Positions 37,244-50,469 of a stretch of DNA of 64,000 bases are shown one piece after another (position 1 is the first letter of the stretch; the number at the start of each line of letters is the position of its first letter). The notes beneath the pieces were generated by a model. It ran no database searches and was not told where the DNA came from. It saw only the letters and a list, made by a program, of their open reading frames with translations. The stretch lies in contig NC_043009.1 in NCBI RefSeq assembly GCF_006345805.1, forward strand, positions 1,612,001 through 1,676,000, written 5' to 3'. The translations under genes were made by a program, and so were the position numbers. Origin of the DNA: Octopus sinensis (Eukaryota).

Positions 37244-38352
37244 GCATAATATATTCTAGCTTACCTTGTCTCATACACACACACACCTTATTTGCTTGTC
37301 ATTTTATTGTGGCCATTCTGGGGCCCCACCTTGAAGAGTTTAGTCAGTCAAATTGACTCCAGGACATACTTTTAATTCTGATGCTATGTTAATCAAACTA
37401 CGAAGTTATGAGGACATAAACAAACCAACACAGTAGAGAGAGACAAGACCACAGACACACACACGCACACACAATATTGCTTTCCATCTACCAAAATTCA
37501 CTCAGAGTATTTGTTGGCCTAGGAGTATAGAAGACATTTGCATAAAGTAACATGCAGTAGGACTGAACCTGAAACCTCGGGGTTGCAAAATGAGCTTCTT
37601 ACCATGTGGCCATACCTGCACCTAGCATATGTAAAAAGGAGCAAATGGTGGATGGGAGAACATAAATATATGGATAATAATCCATTAAAGAAAATTTGCT
37701 TCTCATCAGCATCATCCTTTAACGTCTGTTTTCCATGCTGGCATGGGTTGGACTGCTTGAATGAAATAATTTCTGGCAATGAGGGGGTAACGATATTTGT
37801 AAAATGTTTTTCAGAAAAATGAGGGTGCTGAGCAAAATAATATTGAGCCCTGACAACTAATTTAAGGATAACTGTGTAGGTGCAAGCATGGCTGTGTGGA
37901 AAGAAACTTGGTTCTTAACTACATGGTTCTGGGTTCAGTCCTATTGTATGACTCCTTGGGCAAGTGTCTCCTACTATAGCTCCAGGCTGGCCAAAGCCTT
38001 CTGAGTGGATTTGGTAGATAGGAACTGAAGGAAGCTCATGTGTTTGTATCACAATCATCATCATCTTTAAACATCTGTTTTTCATGCTGGCATGAGCTGG
38101 ACAATTTTACCAGCATTGGCAAGCGGAACCAAATTTTGGGATGACTTGGCTTGGTTTCTACAGCTGGATGCCCTTCCTAACGCCAACCACTTGACAGTGT
38201 GTGCAGGGTGCTTTTAATGCCCGACCGGCATGAACACAGTTACATGGCTCCCGGTACAAGACTCTTGCAGACCTGATCCTCTTCACCAGGGGATGTGGCC
38301 TTAACACTTTTTCTGTGAAAGATGGATCTTCTTTTACTTACTTATTTATATA

Positions 38353-38404
<52 letters not shown>

Positions 38405-38499
38405 GGAGGGTGCGACAGGTAAATTGTCACCATTTTATATTTTTAATTTTGCACATGCACATTGTTTGATTTTGTTGATTACACAGTAATGTCAAGCCA

Positions 38500-38760
38500 A
38501 GTGGAATCGTAGTCATGGCCAATACCAGTGTCATGTGACTGGTACCCGTGCTGGTGGCATGTAAAATGTACCTTTTGAGTATTGGGTCTCACGGAGGCAA
38601 TGAGAAATGGCTAAGACCCCTTTAGCATTCTGCTGTGCTTGAGAAGACCCATCAAACCAAGTGAAATTGTAGTCATGACAGATACTGGTGCCGTGCAATT
38701 AGCACTCTGCTGGTGGCATGCAAAAGCAGCCAATGCCTTGCAGAGGGTTTTTTTGCTGGT
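38500..38760 (+). mobile_element. RTE 3' UTR fragment with an internal ~70-bp direct repeat
   Basis: CCAAGTG.AAT.GTAGTCATG...GCTGGTGGCATG.AAAA occurs twice and resembles the LINE UTR repeat GGCACGT.AAAAGC. Confidence 0.6.
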
Positions 38761-38862
38761 GGAAACTGCTGAGAATCTGTCATGTTTTTAAATATGCATG
38801 TATCATTGTTGTGTGGTGCATGGTTGTCTAAACACAGGATTTCAGCTTAAATAAGCCATATA

Positions 38863-39072
38863 CAGTAATCCTTCGACTATCGTGGGTGCTATGTTCCAAA
38901 AACCCCTGCGACAGGTGAATATCCACGAAGTAGAAACAGTACTTTACTGTATATTTTTCTTTTGTTATTTTTATAATTTGTATATATTTATTTCATTATA
39001 AATGCAAAACACCACCATGGAGGAATCGACATAAGCATAAATAACAAACCACGAGATGGCAAGGGATTAGTG
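38863..39072. mobile_element. Tigger/pogo-like MITE
   Basis: TA|CAGTAATCCTTCGACTATCGTGGG start and degenerate inverse ACCACGAGATGGCAAGGGATTAGTG end. Confidence 0.5.
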
Positions 39073-40138
39073 TGAACCACAAAGAAACGTATTGCACGAT
39101 TTTTCCTCCACATGCATTGACTGAAAGCAACATTTGAATATACTGTGTGTGCATGCATGCATAATTATGCATGTGTGTGTGTGTGTGCATGCTTGTGTGC
39201 ATGTGCATGTGTGCATGTGTGTGTGTGTGTGTAGCATATTTGATAGAGTAAGCCAAGAAATTTTAAAATTTAGTTTTAATAATGAGAATCAATTATATAA
39301 ATAATTCTGGTCAAGACAGGAAGGGGAGACAACACTAAATTTTAAATTAAATGTGTGTGTGTGTGAGAGTGTTGCTATTCCTTGCTTGTCACCATTTGGG
39401 GTACTGTAGCTTGAGTTAGTTCAAACTTGACCTAAGATAGCTATGGCCAAATGCAAAGAAGAGAAGAAAGCACAATAACCAGGTCACAGGCAGATTGGGA
39501 GGCCATGGGAGGCACTGGATGGGATCAATGTGATCGATGTGATGGTGTGTAAAGTAAATGAGGGAACTGGAGAGAAGGAGAATGTCAACAATACAACTGT
39601 GTGTTTGTGCAAATCTGAAATAAAGCAAATACATCACACACACACACGCACACATATACATACATACATACACACACACATAAACACACATACATACATA
39701 AACACACATACATATATGCACACACACATGCACACACAGCTCTGTGTGTGTGTGTGTCTGTTTATACATACCTAGACCACCTTTGTTTATTAAAAAAGCA
39801 AGTAAGTTGCATTAAACAACTGAAAATAGAGAATGACAATTTGTTCTACCACCACCACCATCATTGCCACCGCCGCCTTCACACCACTTTCACCACCACC
39901 ACCATCACCACTGCCACCACCTCCCTTCCCTTCCCCACACACATGTTCAGTTCTAGAACTGAAAGTTAATATGTGAGTGAATGTAGATCTGGATGTGGTG
40001 GGGGGAGGGAGGGACGGGGAGGGTTTCGATTCTAAGTGTGTGAGAACCGGAGTTGGGGTGTGGAGGAGGCAGGGGAGTAAGAGATTCCTGAAACACAAAA
40101 GAACTGAGCTGTTTGTATATATGTATATGTTGTGTGTA

Positions 40139-40176
<38 letters not shown>

Positions 40177-41071
40177 CATACACACACACACAAACGCACA
40201 TGCATGCACGCACATAACCTGCTGCCAGACACTTTCTTATTTTTACCACCTGTCTTAAAAGAACCAAAATGGGAGACTGAGCAGACTTTAGCTTGACCTG
40301 CTAAAAATCATAGCCAAATCTCGCTCCATATTGTACCTTGCCATCATCATCATCGTTTAACGTTCCTTTTTCCATGCTGGCATGGGTTGGACGGTCTGAC
40401 TGGGGTCTGAGAAGCCAGGAGACTGCACCAGGCCCCAATCTAATCTTGCAGTGTTTCTACATCTGGATGCCCTTCCTAATGCCAACCACTCAGAGTGTGT
40501 AGTGGGTGCTTTTTATGTGCCACTAGCATGGAAGCCAGTCAGAGCGGCACTGACATCGGCCACGTTCAGATGGTGCTTTTTACATGCTACCGGCATTTCC
40601 AATTGATTTGATTTTAATATTGCTGATGTTGATGTACTCGACACAATAGGTCTCCTCAAGCACAGCCTGTTGTCCTACGATCCAAGGTAATTTTGAGTGG
40701 GTGGGTTATGTGCCACTAGTGTAGGTTAAAAAAAAATGAAAAGGAATAACACACTGGATAATGTAGTCTCAGGTACCTCTCTAATGCAAGTTTCAGACCC
40801 ACCAGGTAAAAATGGTCTTCTTCAGGATTGTCTAGTAATATTCAGGAATCTAAACAACTGAATAAAAAGTAATATTTATTCCCATTTAAACATGGATGTT
40901 CTTTTAGAACAAGCTATACTGTGCTAGTTACCATGAGAAAAACTCTCATATTGGTTTCTCTCCTGTTATCTTCAGCAGTGAGGTTTCTTCAAACAGAACA
41001 GTCATGTTTTAGTGGGGATAACTATTAGACCTTGGTATTAATACTGCCTCTGTAGCTAATAAATATTTTTT

Positions 41072-41720
41072 TACTTACCAACCACATGGTTCCAGGTTCA
41101 GTCCCACTGTGTGGCACCTTGGGCAAGTGTCTTCTACTATAGGCTCGGGCCAACCAAAGCCTTGTGAGTGGATTTGGTAGATGGAAACTGAAAGTATCCC
41201 ATCGTATGTGTGTGTGTGTGTATATGTTAGTGTGTCTGTATTTGTCCTCCCACCATCACTTGACAACCAATGCTGGTGAGTTTACATCCCCATAACTTAG
41301 CAGTTTAGCAAAAGAGACCTATAGAATAAGTACTAGGCTGACAAGGAGTAAGTCCTGGGGTTGATTTGTTCAACTAAAGGTCAATTCTCCTGTGTGACAC
41401 CTTGGTCAAGTATCATCTTCTGTAGTTTCAGGCTGACCAAACTCTTGTTGGTGGATTTGGTAGACAGAAACTGAAGGAAGCCCATCATGTGTGTGTATAT
41501 GTGTGTACATGTGTTTCTGTAGGTCTCCCATCACTACTGGTGTTGGTGTGTTTATGTCCCCATAACTTAGCAGTTCAGCAAAAGAGAGTGATAGAATGAG
41601 CACCAGGCTTTAAAAAATTTTTTTTAAATAAGTGTTGGGGTTGATTCATTTAACAAAATGTGCTTAATGGAGGTGCTCCAGCATGGCAGCAGTCTGATGA
41701 CTGAAACAAGTAAAAGATGA
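41072..41720 (+). mobile_element. Two tandem SINE A copies
   Basis: Family motifs at 41072-41390 and 41395-41720. Confidence 0.8.
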
Positions 41721-42149
41721 AAGACTACACACAGAGTATACATCCACATTCAGCTGTCCAATTGTAAGATAGAGAAAGAAACAGTTAAGGCCATTCATTA
41801 CGTCAATTACCTGGAGATTATAATACTGAGGGGTTTAGAGATTAAGAAAATAATTAAAAAATAATAATTTAAAAAAGCAGAACAAGTAAGTGGAACATAG
41901 TAAAATCTCCAGGAAAATTCAATTGGCTCTTGACCCACACCAGCAAAAATTTATATGAGATCAATATTACTAAATGAACATTGATTTTGGCACAGTACCA
42001 TTACATCCGACACTAAATTCCTAGTTTCTGAATGCAAAATACTTTATATAGAATATTAGGAATCAGATGGTAACATTGTGTGATTAACGGAAGATATTGG
42101 TTAATGTGTGTTCAGTTGATGAATTGATAAGATTGTCACAAGGGAGATG

Positions 42150-42435
42150 ATTTAGATGTATCTGTTTATGAGATGGATAACTTGTTTGGGATGTACCCAA
42201 ATGGAGAGTAATAGGAGAGAGGTGGGGAAGAGACTTTGTAAAATCTGAGCAAGAATGATGGATTGGGAAGTGAGAGAATGGCTTGGAGATGGTTTGGACA
42301 TATCTGTTGGTTAAATGGGAAACTTGTTTGGAATGTACCCAATAGGAGAGGAAATGGCAGAAATAGGAGAGAGAGAAGTGGGGGAGAGACCACGAGAAAT
42401 CTGGGTAAGAATGATGCAATGGAAAGTGCAAGAAG
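42150..42435. repeat. Degenerate ~140-bp tandem duplication, purine-rich
   Basis: TATCTGTT...AACTTGTTTGG.ATGTACCCAA...ATAGGAGAGAG..GTGGGG..AGAGAC...AAATCTG.G.AAGAATGATG occurs twice. Confidence 0.75.
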
Positions 42436-42890
42436 AATATGAATATGACTTAAAGGATAGCACAGGATTGGTGTGTTTGGTGAAAATTTATCAAACCCTT
42501 GTGCATCCCATCCAATGATGAGGTGAAATTTGTTGACATCTTCCATCAACACAATCAGCAGGTTCTCCTTTCAAATTCCTCTGAAATTAGAATAACAAAA
42601 ACCTTACCAGAAAAACAGGTATGGGTTCATGATGGGAAATACATCCAGTTGTAAACTGTCCATGCCAGTATAGAAAACAGGTGTTAAAATGCATGCATCA
42701 CACACACATCATCATCATCATCCTTTAACATCTATTTTCCATGCTGGCTGGTGTGGATGGTTTAATGGGCTGGCAAGCTGAGTGGCTGCACTGAACTGTT
42801 TCGACACGGCTTCTATGGTTGGATGCCCTTCCTAACATCAACCACTTTACAGAGTGCACTGGGTACTTTTCACATGGAGCCAGCACAAAT

Positions 42891-42931
<41 letters not shown>

Positions 42932-43530
42932 CTTGGTGAGTGGGGTGGTTTTGGACATCCTACTGGATGAAAAACAAATCTTGACAAAGGATAGAGGAAC
43001 TATGTATGTACAAGAACTTAGGAATTTCTAGTTTGGTACCAGGTGTGCATTTAGTCCACCTGGTTGGGTTGGACTATAAGCCATACTGATGGCAATTCAC
43101 ACAGGAGATGGAGAACACGAATGGAAAAACCCGAGAGACAGCGTTCATTCAGTTTGTAGCATAAATTTTTACCAACTTTCAGCTATTCGTATTTTCAAAA
43201 TGTGTGGCTGGCCCTACACAAGTCGTGGGTCGTCTAACAGGTGTAATTATTGGTTGTTAGAATCTTGCTCAGAGCCTGTAGACTGCTTGGAGATACAAGA
43301 CACATAATGAACCTGACTAGATCTGCATTTCCAAGCAAGAAACAACTAGTAGCTCATATCTTTATACTGTGTACATTAAATGTTTTTTTTTTCCTTGATG
43401 GAGTACTTTTTATGCTATCTTATACAGTAAACTATATATATATATATATACACACATGCACACACTTCGTTTTTGTATCTGGTTTGCAAGATTCTTTATG
43501 TGAATTCGTGTGTTGAAGTATATTATGTTA

Positions 43531-43653
43531 TGTCTGGGGAAAGTCATTATCTTAATGCCTTATCTAGATTTTGGAAAAAAAATAAATGAGTGAAAATCAA
43601 ACCAGTGAGTGTGTTAGATAAGGCATTAAAACAATAATGACTCTCCCCAGACA
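43531..43653. repeat. Foldback with ~36-39-bp arms next to (TA)n
   Basis: TGTCTGGGGAAAGTCATTATCTTAATGCCTTATCTA versus TAGATAAGGCATTAAAACAATAATGACTCTCCCCAGACA. Confidence 0.8.
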
Positions 43654-43663
43654 CTATATATAT

Positions 43664-43703
<40 letters not shown>

Positions 43704-43705
<2 letters not shown>

Positions 43706-45982
43706 CACAGGAGTGGCTGTGTGGTAAGTAGCTTGTTTACCAACCACATGGTTCCGGGTTCATTCCCACTGTATGGCACCTTGGGCAAGTGCCTTCTACT
43801 ACAGCCTCAGGCCGACCAAAGCTTTGTGAGTGGATTTGGTAGACAGAAACTGAAAGAAGCCTGCAGTATATATGAAGCAAATTATGTTATGTCTGGGGAA
43901 AGTCATTATCTTAGTATGTATATGTTTGTGTATCTGTGTTTGTCCCCCCAACATCGCTTGACAACCGATGCTGGCGTGTTTATGTACCTGTAACTTAGCG
44001 GTTTGGCAAAAGATTCCAATAGAATAAGTACTAGGCAAGAATAAGTCCTGGGGTCGATTTGCTCGACTAAAGGTGATGCTCCAGCACGGCTGTAGTCAAA
44101 TGACTGAAACAGGTGAATGAGTAAAAGAGATGTATATATATCCCAATATATCTGTCATTCTCTAAATCAATGCTTATCTCTGCTGATCTTTCTAAGTTGT
44201 TAAACAAGGTAAGAGGCAAATTCCTCGCTAGATGGCAGTTAAGATCTCCAGTGGAATAAATTGAGTGCATAACTACAAGTCTACATGCTTCCAATGAAGA
44301 ATTATACCATTCCAGACTAATCAATTGAACTATAGCACTGCAGAACAATATAGAAAAATCATACCATTTTAGATGAAATGAAAAATTTGTGTTATTGTAG
44401 AGGATTCTAGAAAATGATACCAATGTGGAATAATCTGGAGAATCATGCCATCTTGAGAATTATAGCGTCAGAGAATAATCTTTAGTCTAATACATTTCCA
44501 AATTTAGAGCCTGATCTTGGCAACAGGATCAATCCAATGTTATTGGAAGGACATGGATTGCTCACTGTTCAGCTAGAATTTTGGTTAACTATTATTGATA
44601 GACGTGTTCAGTCAAGCACAAACACATGTATAGATGCATACATGCACACAAACACACGTTTTGTGACAGAAACGAGAAAAATAGAACACAAAATATAAGA
44701 GAATGTGTGTGTGTGTGTGTATAACGTGTATATATGTGTATGTATAACATATCTATATATGTATGTACAACATGTATATATATATGTGTGTGTGTTATAC
44801 ATGAAACAAAGTGCAGGAGTGGCTGTATGGTAACAAGCTTGCTTCCCAACTACATGACTCCGGGTTCAATCCCACTGCATGGCACCTTGGGTAAGTGTTT
44901 TCTACTATAGCCTTGGGCCGATCAAAGCCTTGTGGTGGATTTGGCAGACAGAAACTGAGAGAAGCCTATATACATATATATATATATATTTCTGTATCTG
45001 TGTTTGTCCCTCCACCATCGCTTGACAACTGATGCTGGTGTGTTTATGTCCCCGTAATTTAGCGGTTCGGCAAAAGAGACCGACAGAATAAGTACAAAGA
45101 ATAAGTCCTGGTGTTGATTTGCTCAACTAAAGGCAGTGCTCCAGCATGGCCAGTCAAATGACTGAAACAAGTAAAAAAGTAAAAGAGAGTGTGTAATTGA
45201 GAGGCTAGACCTTGCAGGTATTGTCAACCTTTTATGTGTAACAGTTTAGTTCCATTGTGTGTCACCTTGGACAAGTGTCTTTTACTATAGGCTCAGACTG
45301 ACCAAAGCCTTGAATAGATATGGTGGATGGAAACTGAAAGAAGCCCATCATATGTGAATATATATGTGTGTGTTTGTGATTGTGTCTGTGTTCGTCTCCT
45401 GCTATCACTTGACAATTGGCGTGATGTGCATAAGTCCCTATAACTTAGCTGTTTGGCAAAAGCGACTGATATACTAAATACCAGGCTTTAAAAAATATAC
45501 GTCCTGGGGTCGATTTGTTCGACTAAAATTTGTCAAAGTGGTGCCCCAGCAATGGCTGCAGTCTAAGGACTGGAACAAGCAAAAGGTAAAAGAAAATATG
45601 GATTCTTCTGAAACGTATTAAGAAATTCTTCAGTTTCATGTTAAATTATTTTTATCATAATTTGACATAAAAACAACACAGAGGCAAATTAGGCCAGAGT
45701 GTTGGGTAGAACACCTCATGTTATTTGTTCTGAAACTTTACGCTCCAAGTTCAAATCCCACCACAGCTCCATAAAAATGGCAACTCTTCTGTCAAGAGTT
45801 GTGACCGGTTAGGCATAGGAGTGGCTATGTGGTAAGAAGCTTGCTTCCCAATCACATGGTTCCAGGTTCAGTCCCACTGCATAGCACCTTGGGCAAGTGT
45901 CTTCTACTATAACCACAGGCTGACCAAAGCCTTGTGAGTGGATTTGGTAGACAGAAACTGAAAGAAGCCCATCGTGTGTGTG

Positions 45983-46013
<31 letters not shown>

Positions 46014-46238
46014 GTGCTTATATATTTATGGGTGTTTATGTTTGTCCCCCATCATTGCTTGACAACCGATATTGGTGTTTACATCCCTTTAACTTAGCAG
46101 TCTGACAAAAGAGACTGACAGAATAAGTATGAGGCTTACAAAGAATAAGTTTCGGTGGGTTAATTTCTTTGACAAAAAGACTCTTTAAGGTGGTGCTCCA
46201 GCATGGCCGCAGTCATGACTGAACCAAGCAAAAGAATT
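43704..46238 (+). mobile_element. Cluster of four SINE A copies (43704, 44813, 45250, 45812)
   Basis: Family motifs, all in the same orientation. Confidence 0.85.
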
Positions 46239-46364
46239 AAAGTCTATGTGTGTGCATGTATGTTTAACTGACATGGGATTTAACTTCTATTTCTAGCAGG
46301 TTGAAGTTAGTGTCCAGCCTCACATCACTGTCAGACACTGACTTTGATGCTGACATAGTTATAG

Positions 46365-46524
46365 GCAGAGGTGTGGCCATGAGGTTAAGTAGCTTGCTTC
46401 CCAATCACGGTGTCTTGGGTTCAAGTCTCATCGTACAGCATTTTAGGGAAACGTATTTCATTATAGCACCAGACTGACAAAAGTCTTGTGAGTGGATGTC
46501 ATGGATGGAAACTAAAAGAAGTCC

Positions 46525-46606
<82 letters not shown>

Positions 46607-46812
46607 GCACCTTGTCTTTGTGTTATTTGATGGTTGTAAATGAAGATCATCAGATAAGTTTATCGTTTTCAGTTTGCTATGAGAGAAAAAATACTACCTT
46701 ATTTGGAAACATATGAGAGTTGGTCACAGGAAAGGCAACCGACCTTAGAAAATTTGTCTCAACAGATTCCATCCAACCAATGCAAGCATGGAACAGTAAC
46801 ATTAACCAATGA
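46365..46812 (+). mobile_element. CORE-head SINE variant ending in an RTE-like tail and (GAT)n
   Basis: A-type head, (TG)n, distinct body, then CCAACCAATGCAAGCATGGAA...AATGATGATGATG. Confidence 0.6.
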
Positions 46813-47446
46813 TGATGATGCAGTATGAGATTTTAGGGAGTCTTGGCTGCTATTTCTAGCATTTCGAACGACCTCAAAGAGGGTCTCTTGCATCTTCATT
46901 GCTTTGTCTGGTGTTCCTGGGGGCCTATTTCGAATTTGTTTACAACACTTTTTTTTTTTGTAAGGGATTAGATAAGAGTAAGAAATTAGATAGGGTGGGG
47001 ACATCAGACGGGGCAGGGGCTAAATTTAGTCCAGTTAGTTTGAGTTTTTGCTATTTATAAGTGTTTTCTTTGATTATTTATTTGGTTTTTCTTTTTGGTT
47101 CGGGATTGGTGGCTCCGTCTTCTCTTTTGTACACATAAAAAACATTTTGGTGTATTTTCTTCCATTTTATATTTTTAAGAAACTGAGATTACACACAAAC
47201 ACACACATTAATGTACACATTCTTTTACATATTCTCTGACAGTGTGTGTATGGCAATACACACAACACACACAAACACACACACACACATATATACACAC
47301 ACACAAATATATAGAAATGTGTGTTATATGCTTGTGTGTAAATAGAAACATGTGTATCTGAAACTGCTGGAGCAACCTAAATAAGCTAGACACACCAGAG
47401 ATGATTATCTCACTACCTCCCTCCCTCTCTCTCTCTTACACACACA

Positions 47447-47477
<31 letters not shown>

Positions 47478-47559
47478 CATGCACACACACACACACAGTC
47501 ATTTGCATTTTCTATTTTGCTATTAACTTTTCTTTCATATCTATAAATACATCTATAGT

Positions 47560-47632
47560 GGTTGCTATGGCACTGAGGTAGATCTGGCCACCCCCCCTTA
47601 ACAGGGACAAAACCCAGATTTAGAATGGACGA
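47560..47632 (-). repeat. Unclassified dispersed repeat, second copy at 62910-62983 (+)
   Basis: GGTTGCTATGGCACTGAGGTAGATCTGGCCAC...ACAGGGACAAAACC is the inverse of GGTTTTGCCCCGTTAA...GGCCGGATCTACCTCAATGCCATAGCAACC. Confidence 0.7.
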
Positions 47633-48037
47633 TATATATATATATTTATTTATTTATTTGTGCCTGGACAGCATGCTGGTCTGTCACATGATTACTCATT
47701 GTTACTGAGTGGACTGGAGCACCGTAAATGAAGTGTTTTGCTCAAGAACACAATACAATAACCTGGTCCAGGGATGGAAACCACAACCTTGCAATTGGGA
47801 GTCCAACACTCTAACCACTAAGCCATGCACCTCCATGCACACTATATATATATATATATATATATACATATATATATACACACACACATACACACAATAG
47901 TATGCAAACAATTAAGTATTTATATATGAACGAGGTGACCTTTCACAGGACACCTTACATGCTAGAAAGGGCAGTCAAAACCCAAACCACAAATAAAAGC
48001 AATTTCAAAGAAAATGAATATAATATATATATATACA

Positions 48038-48544
48038 CTAGCAGGTAAGCCCGGTTTCACCCAATCTGTTTGGATGATGTGGCTGTGATCGTTTTCGGTT
48101 AGGCCTAATCTATAACAGTGTTTCTCAACCTTATCATTTCGGGTCCCCTGTTTCGATTGGAGCCTCCAGCTGTATGAAAATTTCCTGACTCCCGATTAAG
48201 ATTATTAACCCCACAAAGAGGTGAAAGAAGAGAGACAGCATAGCGGAAGTTTTGGTTGATTGACATCCTGTACTCCCCTTGTTGCTAGCGAAATGGTATA
48301 TGCCGGCTGTGTGAGCAACTGGTTGTTTAATGGTGGAACAAACAGGGGAATTCCATAGAGAAAAGTTTTAATCAATTTTCTCGGTAACTGTGGGTGTTAG
48401 GAAAAAAATACAAACTGCATTCCAATCTATGCACCTGTCTCCACATGTGTGCCATTTTTCACGTGAATCCACCCAACCGTTTGGCTGAGAATCTCAAGAC
48501 AAGAAAGAATACAATGATCGCCCATGTCCAATTTATATTATAGA
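48038..48544 (-). mobile_element. Non-autonomous Helitron
   Basis: Minus strand A|TCTATAATAT...degenerate GC hairpin...CTAG|T, giving canonical termini and an A|T target. Confidence 0.7.
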
Positions 48545-48763
48545 TTTCAGTCATATTATGCAGAGAAAATCCCTGGAGAAGGACATCATGCTCGGAATGG
48601 TCAGTGGCAAGAGAGGAAGAGGCCGACCAAGAACCCGCTGGCTTGACACCATCAAGAGTGATACCGGAATGGACATAGCCAATCTGAAAGAAGCGGCCCA
48701 GGATAGAACTGACCGGAGGACACTGATCCAACGAGTGACCGAGAGTTGACTTTGACTAAGCGG

Positions 48764-48768
<5 letters not shown>
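48545..48768 (+). mobile_element. RTE-BovB-like LINE 3' fragment
   Basis: HIMQRKSLEKDIMLGMVSGKRGRGRPRTRWLDTIK...LKEAAQDR...RVTES matches the BovB-type C-terminal pattern. Confidence 0.85.
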
Positions 48769-48796
<28 letters not shown>

Positions 48797-49490
48797 TATA
48801 TAGGTATGTTGGTGCAAACAGGAAAAGTAGAACTCAAAATATAAATATAAGTACATTTTTCATGTTTACTTGGCACAAGAACAAGAGAAATCTCTGTAAG
48901 AATCTAAATAAGAAAAAGAGTAATGTTGAAAGAAGCAAAATTAACTTTCACAATGTGAAATTACACTGCCACCATTAGCAACAACAACAACAACAACAAA
49001 TAAACATTGATTACTCCGATTTCAACAACTAGTATCAATAATAGTAATTTCTATGCTACATCAGCAGCACCACCACCAACCTCAGCAACAACCATCACCT
49101 ATACCAACTTCATCACTATATCACCAGCACCACAGCCAACATCAACACAACACTGCCACCAAAACTATATCAGTACTAATTACAACAAGACTAAACCACC
49201 ACCACCATCAATAACTCCACATGACCACTAGGACCTATTTCAATACTACACCACAACTACCACTATCTTTTATCTTGCTTCAGTCATTAGACTGCGGCCA
49301 TGCTGGGGCACCAGCTTGAACTTTTAGTTGAACGAATCAATCCCAGGTACTTTTATTTTTAAAGCATGGTACCTATTCTATCGCTCTCTTTTGTCAAACT
49401 ACTAAATTACAGGGACAAAAACACACCAACACCGGTTGTTAAGCAGTGATGGGAGACAAACACAAATACACACACACACACACTCACTTA

Positions 49491-49732
49491 TTGGGTTGGT
49501 GCATAATTATTGAGGCTTTTTTCCATCAAATTTAATACAACAAAAACAATAACAATATTTAACAAAAACATCTATAAATGATGGTTTGACTGTCTGCCAA
49601 GCAAATAAGAAGCAGTAATTGAAGTAGATGGTGAATATGCTCTGGAATAATCATTTAAAGATGTTTTTGTTATTGTTTTTGTTGAATAAAATTTGTTGAA
49701 AAAAAGCCGCAAATAATTATGCACCAATCCAA
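49491..49732. mobile_element. Mariner-family foldback MITE, 242 bp
   Basis: TA TSDs, TTGG(G/A)TTGGTGCATAATTATT ends, inverted arms 49491-49582 / 49650-49732. The spacer encodes LPSK*EAVIEVDGEYALE*. Confidence 0.9.
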
Positions 49733-50132
49733 TAAATACAGGGTTTGGCCAAGAGTCACCCAAAAGTAAATCAAAAGCCCATAAATACTTAATATTCAAT
49801 TTTATTTATTCATTCTAATTATGCAGGTTTAATAATTGAATGCTGTGAGTTAAAATCACCATTTTCTTTTTTCAACATTTGTCTATTTATTAGTGAAATC
49901 TCATATAAAATAATCTTTTGCTTTAATCTTGGAATTAAATGGTTTTGATTTTACTATCAGGTGACTTTTAACCAACCCTTTATTTATACACACACACATA
50001 TATAATCATCATCGTTTAACGTCCGTTTTCCATGCTGGCATGGGTTGGACAGTTTGACAGGGGGACTGGCAAGTCAGTAGGCTGCACCAGGCTCCAATCT
50101 GATCTGGCAAGATTTCTACAGCTGGATGCATG

Positions 50133-50190
<58 letters not shown>

Positions 50191-50469
50191 AGCTTCTTTC
50201 AGTTTCCGTCCATGAAATCCTCTAACAAGGCTTTCTTTGATCAGCCCAAGGCTATAGTAAAAGACACTCAGCCAAAGTGCCATACAGTGGGGACTGAACC
50301 CAGAACCATATGGTTGGGAAGCAAGCTTCTTACCACACTGCCACACCTGCTCCTATATTAACCACTCTAAACACCTGTAACACCTTGTAACAAACACCAG
50401 GTATATATTAACTTCAACAGCACCCTCAAGAAATTAACAATGAAGCGGCTTCTTGGTGGTAACTCGGCT

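Noticed and set aside
43089-43307. 72-aa ORF in unique CpG-containing sequence
   Set aside because: No domain motif or splice support; probably an unrecognised TE relic.
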